A stretch of 64,000 nt of DNA. Origin: Piedraia hortae CBS 480.64. Taxonomy: Eukaryota. The stretch is from the NCBI GenBank assembly GCA_010093745.1, contig MU005965.1, positions 248,001 through 312,000 on the forward strand, in the 5' to 3' direction. How positions within the stretch are numbered: the stretch's first letter is position 1; each line of letters opens with the position of its first letter. The position numbers and the translations under genes were made by a program. This document shows positions 22,901 through 31,920 of the stretch, one piece after another. The notes below the pieces were generated by a model. That model saw only the letters and a list, made by a program, of their open reading frames with translations. It made no database searches and was not told the DNA's origin.

Positions 22901-24288
22901 CGCCTCTGCACAAATGAAACCACAGTAGGAGCGGGGTCAAAGGAGATGATGAGGTTGCACGCAGGTACGTCGATACCTTCCTCCAGAACGCTTGTGGCGA
23001 CCATCAAGTTTATGTCTCCATGGCGAAAACCTTCCAAGTCTCGATCAAACTGTTTCAAATCTGTAAAGTCCTCCACGTCCCTTTTAGAGGAGTAAGTAGA
23101 CGTTCCGACAAAACCGCCCACGTTAAACTCGGTCTTTGCCTGTCTGAGGAGTTCAACAAGTGCAGGTACGATCACTCGCTGCTTAACAAAGACAATGCCT
23201 CTGTCTTTCGCAGCATTCCGTCCTGCTAGAAGTGTCAAAAGCTTCTTCGCTTTATCGGCTACTTGTGTAGGCATGGCTGGTCGAGGTTCTTGGTCGATGA
23301 CACACAATATGTTCCTCAAGTGCAATTGCTCCTTCATGTTAATGTCGAAGACAACCCCTTGATTCAGTGACTTGTTCTTGATGCGAGATATGCATGATTC
23401 CAGATACCATTTCGCAGAGTACGAACCCAGCTGCTCTAGTAGGTGTTTAGCATTGTTGCACATGCCACGAAGGTATTCCTGGCACCAGAGCCTGCGTCTT
23501 CTCACGGGTAAAGAACCATTCTGGCCTAGTGCCACCATGTAAGGGTCAGTGTTAAGGTCATACCTAACGTAGGCCATTTGTATCCGGTCGTAGAGTGGAA
23601 TGAGGCCTGGAGTTACGGAAATGGGACCTGCAGCATACTTTACCTTGTGAAATATTGGTTGGTGTATGAACTTGTCCAGCTCCGACTTTTCTCTTCTGGG
23701 AGTCCGTGCAATGGCATCTAGATTAGTCTCGGAGATCTGCAAATGCTCCAAGGTGCTCCTCATTACTGGGCTAGCTGAAAGGCCTAAGATGTGTGGCACA
23801 TGCTCACCCTTATCTTTGGAATGGTGATAGAAAAGCTTCATGATGTTGTTCATCGAATTTTCTTTAGTACAGTGGTGGCATTCGTCAAAGACCAAAAGGC
23901 CGAGTCGGGACATGTGCACGAAACTGTGGCTCAGCGCATCTTTGAGTACAGCTGGGGTGCCAACAACAACGCGAATATTCTTCAAGACAGCATCCCAGAG
24001 ACGTTTTTCGGTCCACTTGTCAACGTTGTCGGCTCCGGTCAGCGTGAGAATGTTACAAGCTCCCAAGTTATCTTTCAATAAGTGGTATTGTTGAAAGCAA
24101 AGTGTGATGGAAGGTGCCATGAACCAGATCAATTTGTTGGGGTCGCCATGCTCAACTTCGTAGATGATTCGGGCTATGGCTATGTGCGTTTTTCCGCTAC
24201 CAGTATCCATTACCACAATGATATTTCGGCGTAAGCTCTCCTCAAACATTTCTTGCTGATAGCTCCGAAGCGTGAACTGGCCTACCAT
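19957..24288 (-). CDS. dcl2: Dicer-like protein 2 (DExH helicase, helicase C, Dicer dsRNA-binding fold, two RNase III, dsRBD); 4 introns
   Basis: LRSYQQEM, MDTGSGKT, DECHH, ATSVLEEGID, QRRGRAR; NRLEYLGDA and ERLEFLGDA; NPPKFFSDMVEAVLGAV. Introns near 22148, 20836, 20468 and 20335. Confidence 0.93.
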
Positions 24289-24732
24289 GTTGTTGCTCTG
24301 TCCTGCGAAGGTTCAGTAAGCCAGTTGCGGGGTTATAATCAGCAGACTCGGCTTTGCATGAACTGCAGTATGCATACTTATCTCTTGCTGCCTGTAAGCG
24401 TTCCCGGCAAGATGTTTCAGATTTGATTCGTTCATTCGTCCAATCGAGTCTCGTGCAAATTTTCGCGGCATGAAGAGCTTACTGTAGATAGCTATCATAG
24501 AAGCAGATGGCATATCATTAAACAAGTTTGGGAGATCAAGGTCTCAGATAAGCGTTGATCATAACAGTAAATTGTGACGTCATGAAACCCTGCTCTCGTC
24601 CCTTGTTTGCTTGTTTGGTGTCACCTCACAATCTAAATAGTTGTTGGGCATCAGCGAAACACCTCGGCGAAGACACAAGACGGCATTTCCTGAACTTCCA
24701 ACGGATGCGAGCCTGCGAACCCAAGTCATCAT

Positions 24733-24743
24733 CTATATATAAA
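24733..24743. promoter_or_regulatory. TATA-like element in the dcl2 / Clr2-N divergent intergenic region
   Basis: TATATATAAA about 145 bp upstream of ATG 24887. Confidence 0.45.
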
Positions 24744-24886
24744 TAACACGTCACCGCATCCTCGCCATATATCGCGAGGCGACCGTTAAACCCACCATTC
24801 GTGTGCCATTCGCATTTGGGACAGTGCAATCGGAAAGACCCCGCTAGCGTCCGATACCCAACAGCACTTTAAACCTTGACATCGTC

Positions 24887-25303
24887 ATGGCACAAAGTAG
24901 AAAAATCTTAATCATTAGACATAGCTCCGACGGTACAGGTTCGTAGCCAACAACAGGGGCCTGAGATCCCCAATGCTAACAATATGGTTCGACAGGCGCC
25001 AAGCCACCGCCAGAAAGAGACCTTGACAGCCAGAACGACTGGTGGTGCCATGAGATAGGCAAACGATGGGCCAAAGATCTGGGCCTCGAGGCACCCTATG
25101 AGCAGTACTCTCTTGACCGCCTGCCTGAGGGTTACAGTGGGTTCAGCAAGCCTCGCAAACATAGGCGCAAAAAAGATTACTACCTCTATGGGCATCCCAA
25201 GACAAGCAAGGTTGACAGCGTGAACAAGTTTTACTGTCACTTTAGATGTTTGATGGATTATGGCGGTGTCGAGAACTGTGCATGCATTATGTGCGATAAA
25301 TAG
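24887..25303 (+). CDS. Stand-alone Clr2 N-terminal-domain protein, 119 aa (exons 24887-24938 and 24996-25303; not in ORF track)
   Basis: Intron GTTCGT...GCTAAC...CAG at 24939-24995 restores one frame: SDG...LPEGY...DYYLYGHP...F..HF..LM...CACIMC, the Clr2_transil-type signature. Confidence 0.8.
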
Positions 25304-25336
25304 ACATGACTCACTGCTTTAGCAGTACGGAATTCC

Positions 25337-26869
25337 TTATACCTTATAAGTGTAAGTATGCACATAGTCAATGAGATAATCAGCAGGCAGGAACTGATCG
25401 TTCGGCGCTCCCAAATGTCCCTCCAAACTCAGTAACAGTCGACGAGGCATGGTCGCAAACGAAGCAATGTTCGGCTTAACATACCACATCAACTTTCTAT
25501 CAAAGTAGAAGCGCAGCCAACCATCACGGCGTTCAAAGCCATAGGTATGGAACGCCAGACTCGTATCCACCACGCCTGTGGGGGACTTTGCGCTTGTAAC
25601 TAAATCATGATCGTCCTCCCTCAACTGAGGCTTTGGCCACGTGTGCAGCGTGGAGATCAGATTCGAATAATCAAACGTTTCCTGAATGTCAACCTCAGGG
25701 TTGGGGTTCTTGTCCGCAACCACAGGAAACGTCTGCATCCAAATCGCACTGAGCACGTTTGCATTTTCATCAAGGACCTTGGCGCGGACTTCAACGTAGC
25801 TGGGCTGACCGGGGATATCAAAAAGAGACTGCACGCCCGCGGCAGAGTAAGATTTCGTGCCATCCTTGGTATTGCTAACCGTTTCCTTGCGTGCCGTCAG
25901 GACCAGGTTACCGTTCTTGAACGCAATATTCGACTTCTTATACCCAAGTTGACCCGTGAAGTCGTAGCCATGGACTGACAAGTCTTCCCATTTCGACCAG
26001 TCGCCGGTAAAGTCGTCCCACGCGCTTCGAAGCTCTTTCCAAGCACTATTCCCAGCTCCAGGGACCGGCACGACTGGCGCTGGCGCTACTGTGAAGTTAC
26101 GAGCGGATCCCAAGTTGTGCCACGTACCGCCAGATTCATATCCAACCCAATAGGTATACTCTCCTGCCGGAAAATACCCTGTAGCATTCAGCCTAGTGTC
26201 GCTGTCGATTACGGCTGGAATCATCAGGTGTGTGTCAGTGTCAAACTTGCAGTCCTGCGAGTCGCAACTGTCTTTACTCCGAACAATGAACGAAAGATAT
26301 GGCATGGCATAGTTTTCGTAGCGAGGTGTGGAGTGCGTGTCAAGCGTTATAGGCGTAGGACTTGACAACCTAGCATCGAACCGTACTGCCTGGTTCGCAA
26401 ACGTACTGCAAGTATCGGAGCCAACGAATTTCAACACATCGCTCCCAGGCTCGGAGGGTGCTACTGGATCGAGTGGGACGTCTGGTAGAGGGTTGTTTGA
26501 AATTGTAAACGCCCGCTTGTCTGATTCGTGCCATACACCGTCTTTCAAGTAGGCGAACCAGAAGGTATAGTGTCCTTCGGGAAACGTAGCGGATGCCGTG
26601 AACGTCTTCTCCTGGGTTCCGAAGCTGTACCTGTTTTGGTTCCCAGTGTCGTAGTTTTCGGTGCCTTCTCTGCGTACAGCAATCACAGCTTTATCGGCTA
26701 CGAATGGATCATTGGTAGAGACTTTTGCACCGAAAGTAATTTTAGTGCTGGGTGTGCCTACACGTGCGTCTTGTCCAAGAGCTCGCACCACATCTTTGTT
26801 CAGAATGTCGTAGACAACGGCCGCTGTGGCGTGTCCGATGGCGAGAAGAAAAAAGGAGGGAGACTTCAT
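25337..26869 (-). CDS. Secreted GH16 glycoside hydrolase with two N-terminal beta-rich modules, intronless
   Basis: Signal peptide; WDDF; YVEVRAK; SAIWM; PEVDIQE (ExDxxE); FHTYGFE; YLIDYVHTY. Duplicated module FPEGHYTFWFAYLKDGVWH / FPAGEYTYWVGYESGGTWH. Confidence 0.85.
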   Translation of the reverse strand: MKSPSFFLLAIGHATAAVVYDILNKDVVRALGQDARVGTPSTKITFGAKVSTNDPFVADKAVIAVRREGTENYDTGNQNRYSFGTQEKTFTASATFPEGHYTFWFAYLKDGVWHESDKRAFTISNNPLPDVPLDPVAPSEPGSDVLKFVGSDTCSTFANQAVRFDARLSSPTPITLDTHSTPRYENYAMPYLSFIVRSKDSCDSQDCKFDTDTHLMIPAVIDSDTRLNATGYFPAGEYTYWVGYESGGTWHNLGSARNFTVAPAPVVPVPGAGNSAWKELRSAWDDFTGDWSKWEDLSVHGYDFTGQLGYKKSNIAFKNGNLVLTARKETVSNTKDGTKSYSAAGVQSLFDIPGQPSYVEVRAKVLDENANVLSAIWMQTFPVVADKNPNPEVDIQETFDYSNLISTLHTWPKPQLREDDHDLVTSAKSPTGVVDTSLAFHTYGFERRDGWLRFYFDRKLMWYVKPNIASFATMPRRLLLSLEGHLGAPNDQFLPADYLIDYVHTYTYKV

Positions 26870-27899
26870 CTTCGGTGACTTGTCGCCTGGGCCGCATTGC
26901 CTTTAGGTCGAGAGTACCTTTTGCAAGGGTAAACTCTTTTCCATCTTATACAAGGCTACGGCTGAGCCTTCAAGCCACCAACAAAAAGTCATTGCTGCCA
27001 TTGAGCTGTCGTCGTGAAGTAGTGTCTAAGCTTCACGCACTAGCACTGGCAATTACAGTCGCTCCTTGCAGTTAAGGCAGCCAATAAAGTGCATGCGTTT
27101 ATGAAGTTACATTGGAGAAAAAGCAATTCCCATGCGTCGTAGCCGAAAAACAAGTTTCTGACGAGCGAATGGGCGATCCTCCACTCATCGCAAGGTACTC
27201 AGCGTGTCAGCAATCTTTCAGAACTTTTCATCCTGAGCAGTAACAGTTCTTGGCGCTTTGTAGAGATTTAGATCTCGTGGGTGAGAGTGCACAGCGACCC
27301 GAAGAGGACAGAGCGATAGACGGAATCAGGGACAGGAAAGATGTAGATGTATATGAGTCAAAAATACCAGTTGCAGCATGGTAGTGTGAATGACTATATT
27401 TTAATGAGGGGACATTCAGAATGAAAATTCTGTACCGGTGGGCCGGTGACGTCACATCGTACACTAGCGGGGCGTATTCACCATGTCACATATGACATGA
27501 CCCTGAGGGAAAACCTCTGTGAGGGAAAAACCTAGGGTGCAGCTGGTAGTGTAGGAGGTATCGCTGACTTGTTATGCAAGTGCCCTGCATACGCGCTAGC
27601 GGCGATGCTTGAATCCAACACGCTTCACAACTTGTCTTGATTGATCGAATCCAAAGCCCCGAGGGGTACTCGAACGTGTCACTCGGCATTGTGATGAGTA
27701 TCCACAAGACTGATCCTCTGGGGGCGGGGTTTTGAGTAGGGAACTCCTGTACTTCCATGACTGGTCTCCCTAACCTTACAATAAGCGTGGGCGGGGATAT
27801 CTCTGACTTCACACCAGCATGATATGAGGGGCTAAGAGAAGCCACGCGATCGCTTAAATTACGCTAAAGTTTGTGTTCCCCAGGATCGCCACATGAGGT

Positions 27900-28345
27900 C
27901 ACCCAACGGGTAGTCGTAATGTATACCGCCAAGTTTGTGCCAGTGCCTCATATCAATACAAAAGTTTCTCACTTTCGAACACCCAACAAACCCTAAAACA
28001 TTGACGAGCGAAACTACCGCAATGTTTCCAAACCATAACAAAACAAAACGATTATCAACGGCAGAAAAAAATCCACCATGCCACAAACGAATCAGCTATA
28101 CCTCCTACCCAACATACCCATACGGAGTTGTGCCAGATGCCGTCTTTGAGGTAGGTAAACCAGAAGGTATGATGTCCTTCCGGAAAAGTGCGAGTTATGG
28201 TGAATGTTTGCTCTTGCGTGCCGATGCTGTATACTGTTTGTGTTCTGGCCAATGGCCCGTACAACCTCACGGTTCACCGTATCATAGATGACGGCTGCCA
28301 TGGTATATCCAATAGCAAGTAGAAACAAACAGAGAGAGACTTCAT
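27900..28345 (-). pseudogene. Decayed, internally deleted paralog of the adjacent GH16 gene
   Basis: ATGAAGTCTC start and AAVIYD..N.EVVRAIGQ, YSIGTQEQTFT...FPEGHHTFWFTYLKDGIWH match the GH16 N-terminus but are split across frames. NVLGFVG and WHKLG echo later parts. Confidence 0.8.
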
Positions 28346-28907
28346 CCTCAGAGATGTTGTCGTAAGGGTGGGCGTTCGCTAATATACCATTTCGATTAAG
28401 GTCTTGTACCAGCGCTGAGCATTTGTTGAGGCGAGCCACAACGCCACGGCCGAGCTAGTCTGGAAAGCTCCATTGAGAACCAAGTCTGTCAAGGCATACC
28501 TATCGAAGGGGACCTTCCTCGAATCCAATAGATTGGGAAATATGGGAGAATTCAACATGTTGAAGCATCGAACCGGAACGCCTCAACCACAACTCACCAT
28601 TTTCGTTTGAATTCAGCCTCACTGCAATTTTCCAGACTTCAAGTCCTTGAATCACATCCTTGGAAAAAGCACCATCGTCAAAGTAGCAGTAGAAAACGAC
28701 TTCCCTGATTGCGAGATCGTTTAACTCAACCAAATCTGCGCTTACCTGCACAATCAACCAGCCTAAACCTCATCACATCATATCCCCATCATCTCACCCA
28801 CCAATCAAATAACATCAAAACCACAGGTAAGAGCGTACACCATACTTATTTGCCCTCTCTAATCCTCACAACAACAAACCCCCCACAACAACCCCCACTT
28901 CATGAAT

Positions 28908-29297
28908 CTAATGCTCCCCACCTTGTCTATTTAACCGAAGCGTCTTATCGCTGAAAAGCTTCCTCGTGAGCGAGAATCCCGCTGCAGTAACCGCAATTGT
29001 CATAATAATCGCCAGGGGCCAGAGCTCAGCCGGCATATTCTTGATCTTACGCAATCGCTGGGAGACAGTGTGTGCTAAAAATTGACCTATCAGCAGTTCC
29101 CCTCCATCACCCTCACGCATATCACCTTACCAGACTGCTCTTCTTGCTATACATACGTCAGCATCACCCTCCCCACAGGGATGTCGACAACTTACAGGAA
29201 CAGGACCCATACGGAGCGCAGAAGTGCGGAATCCACGCACGGGAGCGGTAGGAAAGCGTAGCGCCGTGAAGCGCTGAAGACGTGTTGCGGACGACAT
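28908..29297 (-). CDS. Small mitochondrial membrane protein, NDUFA4/MLRQ(B12D)-like (exons 29297-29196, 29146-29131, 29074-28908)
   Basis: Canonical introns give a 94-aa frame with an Arg-rich presequence and PAELWPL + TM + RKLFSDKTLRL. Confidence 0.7.
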
Positions 29298-29440
29298 TGC
29301 TTGTAGGACTCCGTTGTATGGTTGGATGGTGGGTGAGTCTGGTGAAGTGGTGATGACGCGGGCCGAAGCGGGTGCGTCCGTGCGTTAATAGCCGACGGAC
29401 GGACTTCACGTCGATAGACGATAGACACGCAACAGCAAAG

Positions 29441-29887
29441 ATGGCAGACGATGAAGAGCGCGTTACGATGCCGTTTAAGTTTGTTACAGGTATGTTCATC
29501 CACGGCGCCAAAGCGAGATAGAGATAGAGAGAGAGAAAGAGAAGCTAACGATTTCATAGCGGGTACATACACCCCTCCCCCTCCCACCCAACCCCCTCCC
29601 TATGTTGTAACGAATTCTGATGTATAGGCTTCGATGCGCGCTTCCCAAACCAGAACCAGACGAAGCACTGCTGGCAGAACTATGTCGACTACAACAAATG
29701 CATTCTCGCCAAGGGAGAGGATTTTAAGCCTTGCCGTCAAGTACCATCACTCCCGCCCCATCCCATCCACAACTAACAAGATGAAAAGTTCTACCTAGCG
29801 TACCACTCCCTCTGCCCCAAGTCGTGGACGGATCGGTGGGACGATCAGCGCGAGAACGGAACCTTCCCTACGCGGCTGGATACCTAG
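29441..29887 (+). CDS. COX12: Cytochrome c oxidase subunit 6B (exons 29441-29489, 29560-29562, 29628-29740, 29789-29887; not in ORF track)
   Basis: Spliced translation ...[26 protein letters not shown]...[30 protein letters not shown]. Confidence 0.95.
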
Positions 29888-29947
29888 GCACAAGTCCTCG
29901 TGTAGCGTACCGCATCAGAGAGTGTAAATCCCTAACTATGACCTTCA

Positions 29948-31666
29948 TCAAACTTTATACAACGTATCCAAAAACCCCACCGCCAACTCCCTCACCACTC
30001 CCTTATCCGGCATCGCGCCCGCGACCCCATAAAGCGCAGCAACATCCCCCTTCTCCCTTTTCTGCCTACCCCTACACTCTTCAACCACAGCCTCAAGATC
30101 ATCAAGCAGCCCCTCCACCGCCTCCGCAAGGGGAACCGTAACCGCAACATGGATCGCAGCCGGGCTCTGCAACGCATTCAAATGCCAACCCCTTTCGCCC
30201 ATCCCATCCGCCACATCATAGATATCCACCAAATTCTCATCCGCAACTTCACACTCCGCCGCGAACGCGATGACCGAACCGACCGGTTTCCCAATAACCC
30301 TTAGACTCCGCAACGCGGGTCTACCGCGTCGAATAGCCTCCTCGATCCGTTCCCTCGCCCCCACGATCTTAACACAAGTGCGCACGTACCCGTCCACGCC
30401 AAAACGCATCATACTCGCCCACGTGCCCGCGATGAGCGCTCCGGGGCGACTGCCGGCTGCGCCGGGGGAGGCGTAGACCCCCCCGCTCCAGTCAGCGCAG
30501 ACATAGTACTGGTACTTCCTCAGCTGAGCGGAGCGGTAGAGTAGGACGCTGTTACCCTTGGGCGCGAAGCCGTATTTGTGTGTATCGACTGAGATTGAGG
30601 TTACGCCGGGGAGACGGAAGTCGAAGTCTGGGGAGGGGAAACCCGCGGTGGTGAGGAGGGGCATGATGAAACTTCCCAAACAGCAGTCGACGTGCAGGAG
30701 GGTGCTGCTTCGCTCGGCGAGGCGGGAGAGGGCTGGTACGTCGTCTACGATTCCGTGGGGGAAGTTGGGGGCCGAGCCGACGAGGAGGGCGGTGCGGGAG
30801 TTGATGAGGCTTGCGGTTGCGGTGAGGTCGGATTTGTAGTGCGGTGGGGGACAGGGGACGAGATGGAGTTTCAGGTTGAAGTATTCTGCTGCCTTGCGGA
30901 AGGCGGGGTGGGCGGTCTCCGGGACGATGATCTCGGGTTCGTGGATCCCGCGTTCGAAGGCATGGTTGCGGGCGGAGAGACACGCCATTAGGATGCTTTC
31001 TGTCCCGCCGCTGGTGCAGACGCCTGACCCGCCGCCGGCGTTGGAGGGTGCGTGAAAGAGGGCTAGGACCATTGCTACGACCTCTGCTTCCATCTTGCGG
31101 ACGCCGGGGAAGACGTCTGGATGGATAGGGTTGCTAACGCCGAATTTGGCGAATGCGTCGGTTTGGAGGCTACAGAGTTCCTCTCCGCCGTGGTAGACGG
31201 CGCCGCTGACCTTCCCGTCCTCCCACCTCGTATGCTCCATCTGTGCGACGCGGTCCAGCTCGGCACGTACCTGCTCCGCCGTCCATCCGCTCGCTGGCAG
31301 AGCGGTGAATTTCGTCACCCCGGGGCCGGAAGGTACTAGTTTGTTCTCAAGATCATGCATCGCCTTGTCCACGTCGCGTCGCACCCGCGCCTGTACGGGC
31401 GGCAGTCGTAGAAAAAGCCCGTAGGCGCGTCTGTGCCAGTCACGCACGTACATCTGTATTGACCCCCAGAGGCCATAGCCCCGTAGCTGTCTCCAGGTGC
31501 GGCCTGCGATGCGGAGGAGGAAGAGTAGAAGTAGAAGATTACGTACAATGTCCAGGCTGTGGACGAGCAGCTGGCGTTGTCGCTCCCATGACGGTATTCT
31601 ATGGATAACTGTGGCCATTTGTTGGCGTATCCGTCCAGTGTCAACTGCCATCTGGGGCCGCTTCAT
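29948..31666 (-). CDS. DPL1: Sphingosine-1-phosphate lyase (start uncertain)
   Basis: WEDGKVSGAVYHG; NPIHPDVFPGVRKMEAE; TSGGTESILMA; HVDCCLG; SVDTHKYGFAPKG (PLP lysine). Confidence 0.96.
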   Translation of the reverse strand: MKRPQMAVDTGRIRQQMATVIHRIPSWERQRQLLVHSLDIVRNLLLLLFLLRIAGRTWRQLRGYGLWGSIQMYVRDWHRRAYGLFLRLPPVQARVRRDVDKAMHDLENKLVPSGPGVTKFTALPASGWTAEQVRAELDRVAQMEHTRWEDGKVSGAVYHGGEELCSLQTDAFAKFGVSNPIHPDVFPGVRKMEAEVVAMVLALFHAPSNAGGGSGVCTSGGTESILMACLSARNHAFERGIHEPEIIVPETAHPAFRKAAEYFNLKLHLVPCPPPHYKSDLTATASLINSRTALLVGSAPNFPHGIVDDVPALSRLAERSSTLLHVDCCLGSFIMPLLTTAGFPSPDFDFRLPGVTSISVDTHKYGFAPKGNSVLLYRSAQLRKYQYYVCADWSGGVYASPGAAGSRPGALIAGTWASMMRFGVDGYVRTCVKIVGARERIEEAIRRGRPALRSLRVIGKPVGSVIAFAAECEVADENLVDIYDVADGMGERGWHLNALQSPAAIHVAVTVPLAEAVEGLLDDLEAVVEECRGRQKREKGDVAALYGVAGAMPDKGVVRELAVGFLDTLYKV

Positions 31667-31920
31667 CTCGTCGGTGAAGTCCCAGACACCTCGGAGCGTT
31701 TGGCATGTGCTGCTGATCACAACCGTCTGTGGCAACGGCGTCTATACCGGATGCAGACATCGTCCATCTGTCACCGCTGCGGGCCGCAGAACGGGTTCCA
31801 TAAAATAGGCTCTGCTGAAACTGAACGGCATCCACACTGAACACATTTTCTGAACAAAGTACTCGAATACATCTAGGAAATAACGGCCATACCATTTCTA
31901 CGCTGTTCTGTTATCCGCAT

